Notes under the pieces: generated by a model | What the model saw: the letters and a program-made list of their open reading frames with translations, nothing else | The model's database searches: none | Told to the model about the DNA's origin: nothing | Position numbers and translations under genes: made by a program | NCBI RefSeq assembly: GCF_963921235.1 | Contig: NC_086100.1 | Coordinates: 198,526,001 to 198,590,000, forward strand | DNA: 64,000 nt | From: Mobula hypostoma | Lineage: Eukaryota | Direction: 5' to 3' | Shown: positions 49,018-61,980 of the stretch, piece by piece | Layout: the number at the start of each line of letters is the position of its first letter | How positions within the stretch are numbered: the stretch's first letter is position 1

Positions 49018-49689
49018 ACTGTTCCTGAATCGTTGAGTGTGTTCCTTCAGGCTCCTGTACCTCCTCCCTGATGCTGATAATGAGAAGAGGGCATGTCCCA
49101 GAAGGTGAGGTCACTGGTCACCACTTCTGCTTGGCATCTAGAGACGGGTCGTTCCGCGAGGGGCAGCTGGCTTTACAGATGCCAGCGGGTGGAGGAGGGG
49201 GACTTCCTGAACAGGGGGATGCCTCCCATATAGAAAGAGGCAGCTTCTAGCATGGGAAAAGAACATCCCACACAATAGTAAGGAACTTTCCACACAGGAG
49301 GAACAGGACTGTCTGTGTCCCATTCCCACAAAGACCATGGCTTGGATAAAACTAAACTTCTCACTAGTGGCTGGTTGTATCTCAGTTCAAATGTGTGTGC
49401 TGCTCTTTCTCTCTCCCCTCCCCCCTCCCCCCTTTCCTCTTCTCTCTTCCTCTCCCTCTCTGTCTCCCCGCTATCCACCCCCCCTCTGTGATACGTGTTT
49501 TTCACTGTCTGTCTCTTCATTCTGTTTTCTTTCTATACCTCGCTCTCCCAGCACACTCTGTCCCCTTCCGTCTATCCCTGTCTCTCACTCTCTCTGCCTC
49601 TGTCTCCCTGCACCTTTCTATCTCTCTTTTTGTCGTCTTCTGTCCCCTCTCGTTCGTGTCTCCCCTTTACCCCACTATCTCCCTCCCTC

Positions 49690-50170
49690 CCCCCAAGGCT
49701 CTTTAATATAACCGCTGTACTTGCATTTTCCCGGTTTCACTTCCCTCTGTTCCGGGAGCTGAGCAGTAGCCAGCGGCTGCCCCTCCACGCTCAACGCCGG
49801 AGATGTCCGCCGACTGCACGGAGCGGAGCCCTGCCTTGGGCTGGGGTTGGCGCGGGCGCGACCCCGACCCTCCGCCACGCTCAGGTACCCGGTGTCCCGG
49901 GGAGGGGCAGGGGTGAGGGGCGACCGGCGCCGGCCTGCCCGCCCAGGTGAGGCTGGTCGCTGGGACGTGGGGTCCGGTCTGCCGGCGGGGCAAGAGTCCT
50001 GGGCGAGCCGTCGTCTCCCGTGGGTGGCAAATTGCTCTGGTGTCTCTGAGATTCGGGGGGGGGGGTGGGGGCGGCTGCAGAATTTGTGGGCTGGGAAGCG
50101 GGGGGGGCGGTCGGCGGCTGTTGCGTTGGTGGGTGTACGCAGAGATTTCCAGTAAACTTGGCAAATTAGT
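49690..50170 (+). promoter_or_regulatory. CpG island / probable promoter and first exon of a downstream gene
   Basis: Abrupt GC- and CpG-rich unique block in an otherwise CpG-poor region; ETS-like TTCC/TTCCGG motifs at ~49727-49755; donor-like sites tcag|gtaccc (49884/5) and cccag|gtgagg (49946/7). Confidence 0.7.
49803..49884 (+). CDS. Candidate first coding exon of unidentified gene (MSADCTERSPALGWGWRGRDPDPPPRS, phase 1)
   Basis: ATG with G at -3 inside the CpG island; 82 nt to the cag|gtaccc donor; phase matches the candidate exon at 58812. Confidence 0.35.
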
Positions 50171-52480
50171 CGAGTAGTCCCCTCCCTGTCTCTCGAAAGA
50201 TAAATATAAAATTCACATTGTCACATGAATATTGAAACATCAAAGCAGTGAAATGGGTCAACGCCCAAGTGTCGCCACGGCTCCAGCACCAAAATTAGCG
50301 CGTCCACGACTCACTAACCCTAACCCGTAGGTCTTTGGCCTGTGGGAGGAAACCGGAGCACCCGGAGGAAACCCACGTGGTGACGCAAGCTCCTTGACCC
50401 CAGTCTCTGGCGCTGTAAAGCGTGGCGCTAGCCTCTCTGCTGTCGTTCATACCTGGAGTTACCCGTTCCACCAGTCCCAGGGACAGCTGGGAGAATCGGA
50501 CTCTGTTCTCCCTGGACCAGGGGAAGTTACGGGGGGGGGGGGGAGGTGATACAGGTATATAAAATCCTCAGGGATAGTTGTTTATCATTGTCGCAACTAC
50601 TGAGATACAGTGAAAAGCTTTTCTTATAAACTGTTCATCCAATTCAGATCATTACACAGAACATTGAGGTAGAACAAGGTAAAGTAATAACAATGCAGAA
50701 TAAAGTGTAATAGTGATAGAGAAGGTGCAGTGCAGGTAGACAATAAAGTCCAAGATCATCACTTACAATGTTCTCCAAGATCATCACTTACGATGTTCTC
50801 CAAGATCATCACTTACAATATTCTTCTCAGGGGCTGTCTATGGCGGGTCCTCAGGTGGCTGTAGAGGGCGATCCGGGATACACATAACCCAGATGTTAGT
50901 ATGGATTCCCTTAAAGTGGGTGCCTGTGGGTGACTTTGTTTAACGTGGGGAGGCTGATGCTCGGGTAGCTATCACACGGTCTTTAACAGGTCAGGGTCAG
51001 GGTCCAGTGACATGGAATGCAAGACGACTGGGGGTCTGTAACCCGCAGCCTTCCTCCACCTTGTAATGCGTCATCATCTTCTGCCAGCTCCACTGCTGAG
51101 GTCTTGGTGTGGAACCTCTCCCTTGACCTTCCCCACCATGGGTTAAGCTCCTGATCGGTAAACTCCAGACAGCATTTTTTGGGATCTCAGACACTCACAA
51201 CCCTCTCCAGCACAACAAGGTGAATCTGTGGAATTCATTGTCACGGACAACGGGGCAAGCCAAGTCATTGCGGACAGTATATTTAACATGGAGGTTGATG
51301 GATTCTTGATTAGTCAGGGCATCAAAGGTTATAAGCAGAAGGCTGCAGAATGAGATTAAGAGGGAAAATAAATCAGCCATGATGGAATGGTGGAGCAGAC
51401 TCGATGGGCCAAATGGCCTAATTCTGCTCCTGTATCTTATGGTCTTTTGATACCAGCAATTATTGACTCCGCTCACCAGGTTGTTCACAAACATGGAAAT
51501 TTCCCCTGGTTTTAGCAACTGCTTCCTCACAATGGAAGACTGAGAGGATGACCATGTTGTGTGAGGAGGCGATACAGAACATTCACTTACTGCCACGTAC
51601 AGTGTCCGCTGGGGGGAGTTCCAGAATCTGAGATTGGAGAGGAATCGCTGAACACGTGGGAATGCAGATTTGCAAGATCATTTCTTTCGAATGGATAAAA
51701 TGTTTTTGAGGAAGTGACTAAGTGTGTAAATCTGTAGTGGAAGGGATTGCTGGTCAAAGTGCAAGCTTGTGGAATTGAAAGCAGCTTTGATTAGATGTTG
51801 TTCTGGAATGAGTTAGAAATGGTAAAAACAAGAACACATAGAAGTGGGGCCTTGGAAGGCAAGTAGACAGTTCCCACAACCTCTACTCCCCATTACACCA
51901 CAGGTGTTTAGGGCAGCAATGAAGCTCCTCCATCTCTGGAGGTGTTCAGGGCTTCCTTCATCAGGTCAGTAGCTTGCTCTCGGTTTGCAACACTGTCAGT
52001 CATGCAAATTCTGGATGGGGGGGTACTTTGGGGTTCTAACATTTAACTGTCATTCATTCTTTGGGGCATTCCTCTGTTTTCGTGGATGGTTGCAAAGAAA
52101 AAGAATTTCAGAATGTATATTGTATACATTTCTCTGACATTAAATGTACCTTTGAAAGCTTTGAGACCCAGGAATACCATTACATTCAGATGTAGAAGGA
52201 TGCTTCAACGCTGTTCCGGTAACAGTTTTGTTTTACCAGTCAGGGTTGCTAGTACTGAGCTGAACCCCCGAACCTGGAGGACCAGTGGGCCACTCTTAGT
52301 CTGACCTCTACCCTTTGGCCTCTTTTGCATCAGTGACCCTACCAAGAGCCGAAGCATAAAGCCCTGACTCCTGCCAGCTGGGTCATTGAGGCTTGCAAGC
52401 TTCCAAACCCAACAAGGTGGTGATCCTTTTGGAGGTCCCAAACCATAGGACTCATTTTCAAGGATTCTTCATCTCATATT

Positions 52481-52685
52481 AACACACATAAAAGTTGCTG
52501 GTGAACGCAGCAGGCCAGACAGCATCTCTAGGAAGAGGTGCAGTCGACGTTTCAGGCCGAGACCCTTTGTCAGGACCTAGTCCTCTCCCCGTACCTCTTC
52601 CTAGAGATGCTGCCTGGCCTGCTGCGTTCACCAGCAACTTTTATGTGTGTTGCTTGAATTTCCAGCATCTGCAGATTTCCTGTTG
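52481..52685. mobile_element. Fold-back Penelope-derived mini-element (205 bp), 15-bp TSD, 59-bp inverted arms
   Basis: TCTTCATCTCATATT at 52466-52480 and 52686-52700; arms 52481-52539 and 52593-52651 differ at one base. Confidence 0.8.
52541..52577 (-). ncRNA. Minimal type-I hammerhead ribozyme motif (core G8 mutated, probably inactive)
   Basis: Minus strand: ggtc CTGACAA a gggtctcggcct GAAAC GTC gactg; stem I/II pairing and the palindromic ACGT stem III are visible. Confidence 0.6.
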
Positions 52686-53643
52686 TCTTCATCTCATATT
52701 CTTCATATTTATTGCTTATTTATTAATTTTTTTTCTTTAGGTATTTGCACAATTTGTTGTCTTTTGCACACTGGTTGTTTGTCTGTCTTGTGTGAGATTT
52801 TTCATTGATTCTGTTGTGCTTCTTTGTATTTACTGTGAATGTCTGCAGGAAAATGAACCTCAGGGCTGCATATGGTGACATTTTCAAGATTGTTTAATGT
52901 CATTTCCTGTTCACAAGTGTCAGGTGAATGAAAAAGTTGTTACTCCGGATTCACAGCAGCACAAAAAAACACAAGATAAAGAGCACAATAATTAAAAAAA
53001 CACAGTACAAATATATAAGATAACTTATATACATTGATTGTAGTACATAAAGTAGTGGCAGACTGTACATAAGGTGACTGACGGGAAATAATAAAGTAGT
53101 GGTGGAGTTACTGTTGATCAGACTTACTGCTTGGGGAAAGTAACTGTTTTTGAGTCTGACGGTCCTGATGTGGATGCTATGTAGCCTCCTCCCTGATGGG
53201 GGGGGGGCGCAGACAGTCCATGAGCTGGGTGGGTGGGATCTTCATGATGTTAATGGTCCTTTACCAGCACCCGTCTGTATATATGCCCTTGATGGCGGGT
53301 AGGCAGGTGCCAGTGATGCATTGGGCAGTTTTGACTACCCATTATAGAGCCCTCCTGTCTGCCGCAGTCCAGTTTCCGTACCAAGCAGTGATGTGGCATT
53401 GCAGGATGACAGACATGTACTTTGAACTTTGAAAGTGGAGACGCAGGCAGATGGGGTGGTGAAGAGGCCATTTGGCACGCTGGCCGTCATCAGTCAGGGC
53501 ACTGAGTACAGAAGTTGGGAGCTTGTGATGCAGTGGTAGAGGATGCCGGTGAGGACACACTCAGAGTATTGCATTGTTTTTGGTCACCCTGCTATAGGAA
53601 AAGATATTATCAAACTGGAAAGAGTTCAAGACAGATTTACAAG

Positions 53644-54209
53644 TGTAACACACTGTAAGGTTTGACTGCTAATGTAATGACCTCTCTGTAATGTTCCACT
53701 GCTGACATAATGGTTTCTCTGTAGCAGCAATGTTTGGGTTATGACTCGGGATAACGGGGCATGTTAGCCAATGAGCAGGATGCTGTTCTATCTTGTGTGC
53801 CTGGGAGGGGGATTTTGTGGTCTTTTGCCGGGGAGAGATGAGGAGAGAAGGCACGAATGGAGAGAGTTGGTAGACCGCCTGATGGAGTGGACTTGGAACG
53901 AGGGTCCAAAGGTCAGCGACGATCAGAGGAGGTCGACGGTGGACGAACGGCCTTATCAGTGAGCTTGATAGACAGTTTCATGAGAATCGGTCCTTTTCTT
54001 TTTTGTTTCTTTACTAACCATATAGTCAAATTAAGAATTATAAAGCTCAATCGTTTAATTGCATATTGTGTACTGTTTGTTATTGCGTGGTACTGATTTG
54101 TAACAGGGGACACATCGCGCAGCATTCCCACAAACAAGATTTCTTAAGTTTGGCCGGGCCGGGGGCTGTCTTCCCCTAGATTAAGCTGCTAGCCGAACTG
54201 AGAGTTACA
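53644..54209 (+). mobile_element. Solo LTR (566 bp) inserted in a CR1
   Basis: TGTAAC...GTTACA perfect 6-bp termini; TSD CAAG/TAAG (one mismatch); host reads agatttacaag|gatgctgcc when rejoined; orientation tentative. Confidence 0.8.
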
Positions 54210-55449
54210 TAAGGATGCTGCCAAAAATTGAGGGAGTGAATTGTAAAGAGAGGTTGGACAGGGTAGGATTCTGTTTCTTAGAGTGAAACAGACTGAGGGA
54301 TGATCTTATAGAGGGATAAAATCATGAGGGGCAGAGATAGGGGGAATGTACCCAGTCTTTACGGGCCTCACTTGGAGTATTGTGAGCAGTTTTGGGCCCC
54401 TTATCTTACAAAGGATGTCCTGAAACTGGAGAAGGTTCAAAGGGGGTTCACAAAAATGATTCCAGGATTGAATGGTTTGTCATATGAAGAGCTTTTGATG
54501 GCTCTGGGCCTGTATTTACTAGAATTCAGAAGAATAAGGGGTGTCCTAATTGATATCTATTGACTGGTGAAAGGCCTTGACTGAGTGAATGTGGAGAGGG
54601 TATTTCCTATAGTGGGAAAGTCTAGGATCAGAGGGACATCCTTTTAAAATGGAGGTGAGGAGGCATTTCCTTAGCCAGAGAGTAGTGTATCTGTGGAATT
54701 CTTTGCCACGGATAGCTGTGGAGGCCAAGTCTTTATGTATTTTAAAGGCAGAGGTTGATCGATTTTTGAATGGTCAGGGCACGAGGGGATATATGGGGAA
54801 AATGGCAGGAGACTGGGGCTGAGAGGGAAAATGGATCAGCCATGATGAAATGGTAGAGCAGACTCGATGGGCCAAATGGCCTAATTCTGCTCCTATATGT
54901 TATAGTCTTATGGAATTGGAAGAGTGGGTTAGACATGAAGTTTAGTGGTATTGAGGATAGCCTACAAGGTTGCTGAGGGTTATAATGGGATGTTTTGAGG
55001 ACGCAGAGCTGGGCTGAGAAGTGGCAGATGGAGTTCAACCCAGAAAAATTTGAAGTGTTTCACTTTGGAAGGTGGAATTTGAAGGCAGAGTACTGGGGTA
55101 ATGCAGGATTCTTAGCAGTGTGGAGGAACAGAGGGATCTTGGGGTCCAAATCCACAGATCCCTCAGAGTTGCCTCACAAGTTGATACGGTTGTTAAGAAG
55201 ATGTATGGTGTGTCGGCCTTCGTTTGTCGGGTCTTGAGTTCAGGAGCCGTGAGGTAATGTTGCAGTTCTAAGGAGTCCTGGTTAGGCCACACTTGGAGTA
55301 TCATGTTCATTTCTGGTTGTCACGTTATGTGTGCGTGTGCGTCCATTGCGAGCGATGAGGACCGTCGACATCCTTCTGAGATGTCATGACCTGCGCGTGA
55401 GTTTGAGTAAAGTGAGGGATAGTTGTGCAGGTCGTCAGCCTCACTGTCT

Positions 55450-56060
55450 CGTCCATCAACCGTGGGCTTGAGTTTAAGAGCCGAGAGGTAATGTTGCAGC
55501 TATGTAGGACCCTGGTCAGGCCCCTCTTGGCCCCTCTGTGCTCAGTTCTGGTCACCTCACTACAGGAAGGATGTGGAAACCATAGAAAGGGTGCAGGGGA
55601 GATTTACAAGGATGTTGCCTGGATTGGGGAGCATGCCTTATGAGAATAGGTTGAGTGAACTCGGCCTTTTCTCCTTGGAGCGACGGAGGATGAGAGGTGA
55701 CTTAATAGAGGTGTACAAGATAATGAGGGGCATTGATCATGTGGATAGTCAGAGGCTTTTCCCCAGGGCTGAAATGGCTAACACGAGAGGACACAGTATT
55801 AAGGTGCTTGGAAGTAGGTACAGAGGAGATGTCAGGGTTAAGCTCTTTATGCAAAGAGTGGTGAGTGCGTGGAATGGGCTGCCAGCGATGCTGGTGGAGG
55901 TGGAAACAATAGGGTCTTTTAAGAGACTCCTGGATGGCTACATGGATCTTAGAAAGATAGAGGACTATGGGTAAAGCCTAGGTAGTTCTAAGGTAGGGAC
56001 ATGTTCGGTACAGCTTTGTGGGCCGAAGGGCCTGTATTGTGCTGTAGGGTTTCTATGTTT
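55450..56060 (+). mobile_element. CR1 3' fragment
   Basis: ORF 55573..55974; TTTCTATGTTTC tail. Confidence 0.9.
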
Positions 56061-58811
56061 CCTTCTTTCCCCTTCCAGAAGTCAGCAATCAGCTCTTCAG
56101 TTTTGCTGATGCTGAGCGAGAGGCTGTTGTTGTGGCGTCACCCAGCCAGGTTCAGACCACCCCCCTTTGTGGTTTAAGGTGAAGGAGTGGAAACTAAAGG
56201 GACCAGCCTTAATGAGTTTTAACAGCTGAAAAAGTGAAAGAGTAAATGTATGAGGAGTGTTAGATGGCTCTAAGCCTGTACTCACTGGAATTTAGAAGAG
56301 GGGGATCTCATTGAAGCCTATCGAATGTTAAAGGCCTAGGTAGAGTGGATGTGGAGAGGATGCTTCCTATAGTGGGGAAGTCAAGGACCTGAGGGAACAG
56401 CCTCAGAATAGAGGAACAACCATTTAGAACAGAGATGAGGAGAAGTTTCTTTCGGCAGAGTGTGGTGAATCTGTGGAAGTCATTGCCATGGGCACCTGTG
56501 GAGACCGTCATTGGGTATACTTAAAGTGGAGGTTGATAGGTTCTTCATTAGTAAGGGTGTCAAAGGTTACGGGAGAATGCAGGAGAGTAGGGTTGAGAGG
56601 AATAGTAAGTCAGGCATGATAGAATGGTGGAGAAGACTCAATGGGCTGAATGGCCTAATTCTGATCCGATGTCTTATAACACCAGATGATGTACGCAGAA
56701 ACCTCTAAAGGTGGGTGGGACAAGTTGGTGAAACATTGAAGGGAAAGCAGGTTGGTTCCTTGGTTTACACACAGAGGGATTGTGTAGAGTGTCACAACTG
56801 GAACTCTCTACAGCCTGCTGGGATCCTGTACATTGGAGCTTCCATACTACACGGTGATGCAACCAGTCAGAATACTCCATGCATCTGTAGAAGTGTGCTA
56901 GAGTCTTTAGTGAAACAAATCTTCACACTCCCAATCGAGTGGTCGCTGGCATGCCTTCCTTGTAATTGCATCAATAAGTTGGGCCCAGAATAGATCCTCA
57001 GAGATGTTGACGCCCAGGAACTTGAAACTGCTCACTCTTTCCTCTGCTGATCCCTCGATAAGGACTGGTGTGTGTTGTCCCGTCTGCCCCTTTCCGTAGC
57101 GTACAATCAATTCCTTGTACCCACTTCTACCACTTTCTTCCATATTCTTCCATATACCCATCACCCGCTGTTAGAAAAAAATTCCCCCTCTCAGAAATAT
57201 GATGAGCCAGGGGAGCTGTGTTCATTCTCACGATTGAGGAGGTCCAGTTCATTTCAAAAGTTGTGAGAAGTTGAAAGAAAAACTAAGGCATTTCTAATAT
57301 CAGGGAGTGGATGATTGAAGGGTGTATTTCAAGGGGGACTCATAGAAGAATGTGAAGAGAAAATCTGAAATATCACAGATGCTGAAATCCTGAAGCAAAG
57401 ACGGAGGAGATGGAAAACAATAGGTCGGAACTGTTTCCAGTACCATTGGTACTGCCACTTGTGTTTGCTCCTTGGACAATAAGCTGGACTGCCTGTGGCT
57501 GACACATGACTGATGCTGCTGTCTGATGTTCACTCCCTGGAGGACAAGCAGGATTACCCGCAGTTGACCAAGCTCGAGACAAGCTAACTTGCCTTCACCT
57601 ACCGAACAAGCACGAGATAAGGAACTGCTGCGTACTTGTTCTTGCAGAAATGTGGCTGCAGGACAATGCCCATGCAACGTTAGCCTTCAGGCCACGCCGC
57701 TTACAAACCTGTGCTGATATTACTTTGGGACTGTGTGTACTAGTGTGTGCATATGTGCTATATGATGTTTTCTCTGTGTTTTACACCTTAGCCCCAGAGG
57801 TTTGCTGTTTTGTTTGGCTGTATTCATGGGTGTGGTTGAATGACAATTAAACCCAAACTTGAACTTGATCAGGCAGCATCTGTGGAGAGAGACATGGAGT
57901 TGATGCTTCAGATCGAGAAACCTGCATCAGAATTAGGTTGGATAAAGGAAAAAGTGTAAAGTTGCAGAGAACATAAAACAGTACAAGCCCTTCGGCCCAT
58001 GATGTCATGCCAACCGTTTAACCTACCCCAAGTTCAATCTAACACTTCCCACTCAGGTAGCCCTCCATTTTTCAATCATCCATGTATCTGCCTCTACCCC
58101 CACCCCTGGCAGACTGTTGTATACACCCACCACTCTCTGTGTAAAAAATCTTACCTGTGACATCCCCCTATACGTTCCTCGAATCACCTTAAAATTATGC
58201 CCCCTGGTGTTAGCCATTTCTACCCTGGGAAAAAGCCTCTGAGCGTCCACTCGATCTATGCCTCAGCGTTTTGGACACCTGATTAAAGTCACCTCTCATC
58301 CTCCTTCACTCCAAAGAGAAAATCCCTAGCTCACTCAACCTATCCTCATAAGGCGCGCTTTCTAATCCAGACAACATCCTGGTAAATCTCCTCTGCACAC
58401 TCCCTAAAGCTTCCACATCCTTCCTGTAATGAGATGATCAGAACTGAGCACAATATTGCAAGTGAGGTCTAACCAGCGTTTTATAGAGCTACAACATTAC
58501 CTCACAGCTCTTGAACTCAATCCCCCAACTAAGGAAGCTGGTGTGCGGCCTGTTTAGGACAAAGGGTAAATCTCTGAATTTGGGGGAAATTTTCAACAAA
58601 GCTGGTAATCTGCAGGTTGGTGGAAGGGGGCTTAACTCAACTTTCTGAATGGAATCGGAAAATTAGTGGAAGGGGAAAGGTTTGCAGGGAAATTTGCCGG
58701 GGAAAGACAGTGAGACTAATTGGAGAGACAAAGAGCTATCATGTGTACAATGGGCCGATTGTTGTCAGGGTGAGGCGAATCATTCGGTCTGTGTTCTGTT
58801 TCTCTCTGCAG

Positions 58812-58864
58812 TCACTGGGGAGAGTGGAGTCAGCCCAGACGATGACCAGTGGGACAGTGAGGAG
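58812..58864 (+). CDS. Candidate internal exon of unidentified gene ((V)TGESGVSPDDDQWDSEE), 53 nt
   Basis: Strong acceptor ctgtttctctctgcag| and consensus donor GAG|gtgagt in non-repeat sequence. Confidence 0.55.
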
Positions 58865-60724
58865 GTGAGTCATACAGTAATTTAGCTTGGAAGCAGGTCC
58901 TTCGGCCCAACTTGTCCATACTGACCAAGATGCCCCACCGAAGCTTGCCCCAGTTGCCAACGTTTCTTCTCCATGTACCTGTCCAAACGTCATTTAAGCA
59001 TTGTAATTGTAACCAGCTCTAACACTTCCTCTGGATGCTTGGTCCATGGACCCACCACCCTCTGCGTTAAACCACTCCCCCCCCCCAGGTCCGAGAAGAT
59101 CATAAGATCCAAGAGAGCAGAATTAGGCCATTCGGCCCATTAAGTCCGGTCTACCATTCCATCATGGCTGAGTTACTTTCCCTTTCAGTCCCATTCTCCT
59201 GCCTTCTCTCCGTGACCAGTGAGGCTCTTACTTGGCCTTTAAATGTTTCCCCTCTCACCATAAACCTGTGTCCTCTGGTTTTTGGCTCCCCTACCCTGGG
59301 GAAAAGACTGTGACCATTCACCCTATGTAAGTCTCTCAAACCTCTATAAGGTGCCTGTCAGCCTCCTTCACTTCAGTGAGAACAAACCCAGCCCGTCTGT
59401 CCAGTCTCTCCTTACCACTCCACCCCTCCGGTCCCAGTAACACCCTGGTAAATCTTCCCGACACCCTCTCCAGCTTAATTATGGCCCCCTTATAGCCTGG
59501 TGACCAGAAATGCGCACAATACTCCAAATGTGGTCTCACCAATGTCTTGTACGTTTGTAACCGCTTCCTTAATGTCAACAAGACATTGACTTCAGGAAAA
59601 GGACCCGAACTTCAGAATCTGGAGTAACAATTATTTTGTTCTTTATACTTGCATACAGGAAATTACATTAAACAATCTTGAACTGGACCCCCTCCCAACT
59701 CCTGAACACACAGTCTTGACCGATGAAGGCCGATGTGTCAAACTCCTTCACCACCCTGTCTGCCTGGAATCATAAAGCACTGCACAGAACACAAGGAGAC
59801 CCTTCAGTCCATCTAATATGTGCTGATTGTTACCCTCCCTAGTCCCCTTGAGCCACATCTGGACCATAGGCCTCCCCTATACCGACTGTCCTGTGATCCT
59901 CTTTCAGGGAACGATGTACCAGTACCCCAAGGGTCAGTAAAGGGTTAATCTCTAGTTCCCTGCTATTCACAGTGTGCTGTAAAGAGATTTGACACTGATC
60001 CAGTGAGTCTGGCTTATTCATGGTACCCCACCCCTGCGGAATGGAGGGCGACAGACCCTCGCTCTCACTGCGAGGGCAGCCTTCGTTCACTCGACGGGTC
60101 CTCAGCTGAAGAGCAGGACGTGCCAACAGTGCACGAACAGAATCCGGGACACGGGCGGCTGCCGGTCCCACTTCCCGCAGTGGCAGATGTTCCCCAGACC
60201 ACTTCCTCTGTAAAAGGAGAGAGGTGGAATGTGATCTACAAACAGCTGTACCGGAGACTGTCCATGCTGATGTGTCAGCCCTGACCTACCAATCCCTCAC
60301 TGTTTACAAATGCTTTCAAATACTGGTGGGGCCAGGGATGGGTTACCTGTGGGAGGAGGAGAGAGGCGGGGGATGTGTTGCGAGGGGGGGAAGGTTTATG
60401 GGTGTGGACGATTTACAGGTGGAGATGGGTTTAAGGGAAGAAGTGGGTTACAGCTGGAGGGCGGTGCTAAAGGTGGGTGGAAGGTTTCTAAATGGGGAGG
60501 ATTTATATATGGCGTGCAGTGAGCGTGGGGAGATGTTACGGGTGGGGAAAGGTTTATGTGTGAGATGGTTTGATTGTTGAGGGGTGGGTTACAGATAGGA
60601 TGTGGTTATGGGGTAGGGAAGGGTTATGGGTGGAGGTGCAGGTGTAGGGGGGTGTGTGGTTACAGATGTGGGAAAGATTATGATTGGGAGATGGGTGACA
60701 TGTGGGGGAGCATTATGGGAAGGA

Positions 60725-61980
60725 TTGGGGGTTTACGGACGGGGTGATTATGGGTGAGGTTGGGTGTTTATGGACGGGGTGATTACGGGTGAGGACGGGT
60801 GTTTATGGAAGGAGTGATTACGGGTGGAGTCGGGTGTTTACAGACGGGGTGATTACGGGTGAGGTCGGATGTTTATGGATGGGGTGATTATGGGTGAGGT
60901 CAGGTGTTTATGGATGCAGTGATTACGGATGGGGTCGGGTGTTTACGGACAGGGTGATTACGGGTGGGGGTCAGGTGTTTATGGACGGGGTGATTACTGG
61001 TGGGGTCGGGGGTTTCTGGACGGTGTGATTACGGTGAGGTTGGGTGTTTACGGACGGGGTGATTACGGGTGGGGTCGAGTGTTTACGGACTGGGTGATTA
61101 AGGGCGGGTTGGGTGTGATTACGAGTGAGGTCAGGGGTTTTAACAGAGGCTGTGATTATGGGTGAGGTCGGGTGTTTACGGACGGGGTGATTACGGATGG
61201 GGTCGGGTGTTTAACAGAGGGAGTGATTACGGGTGAGGTCGGGTGTTTATGGACAGGGTGATTATGGGTGAGGTCGGGTGTTTACGGATGGGGTGATTAC
61301 GGGTGAGGTCGAGTGTTTATGGACGGGGTGATTACGGGTGAGGTCGGGTGTTCACGGACGGGGTGATTACGGATGGGGTCGGGTATTTACGGAGGGGGTG
61401 ATTACGGGTGAGGTCGGGTGTTCACGGACGGGGTGATTACGGATGGGGTCGGGTATTTACGGAGGGGGTGATTACGGGTGAGGTCGGGTGTTTACGGACG
61501 GGGTGATTACGGGTGGGGTCGAGTGTTTACGGACTGGGTGATTAAGGGCGGGTTGGGTGTGATTACGTGTGAGGTCAGGGGTTTTAACAGAGAGAGTGAT
61601 TACGGGTGAGGTCGGGTGTTTACGGACGGGGTGATTACGGGTGGGGTCGGGTGTTTAACAGAGGGAGTGATTACGGTTGAGGTCGGGTGTTTACGGACGG
61701 GGTGATTAAGGGCGGGTTGGGTGTGATTACGTGTGAGGTCAGGGGTTTTAACAGAGGGTGTGATTATGGGTGAGGTCGGGTGTTTACGGACGGGGTGATT
61801 ACGGGTGGGGTCGGGTGCTTAACAGAGGGAGTGATTACGGTTGAGGTCGGGTGTTTACGGACGGGGTGATTAAGGGCGGGTTGGGTGTGATTACGTGTGA
61901 GGTCAGGGGTTTTAACAGAGAGAGTGATTACGGGTGGGGTCGGGGGGTTTTGCAGACGGAGGATTACGGGGTGTGTTTGG
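60725..61980. repeat. 35-bp G-rich, CpG-rich minisatellite (~35 copies, gggtgattacgggtgaggtcgggtgtttacggacg)
   Basis: Directly visible, with a degenerate G/T-rich margin from ~60330. Confidence 0.95.

Noticed and set aside
57300..57860. Unique-looking sequence as an exon
   Set aside because: Resembles a decayed LINE endonuclease start (SLDNKLDCL) plus a LINE-type 3' tail, with stops in the frame.
60003..60284. 93-aa plus-strand ORF and 110-aa minus-strand ORF as genes
   Set aside because: Non-ATG starts, no recognisable domain and no convincing plus-strand splice sites; kept only as a possible antisense exon.
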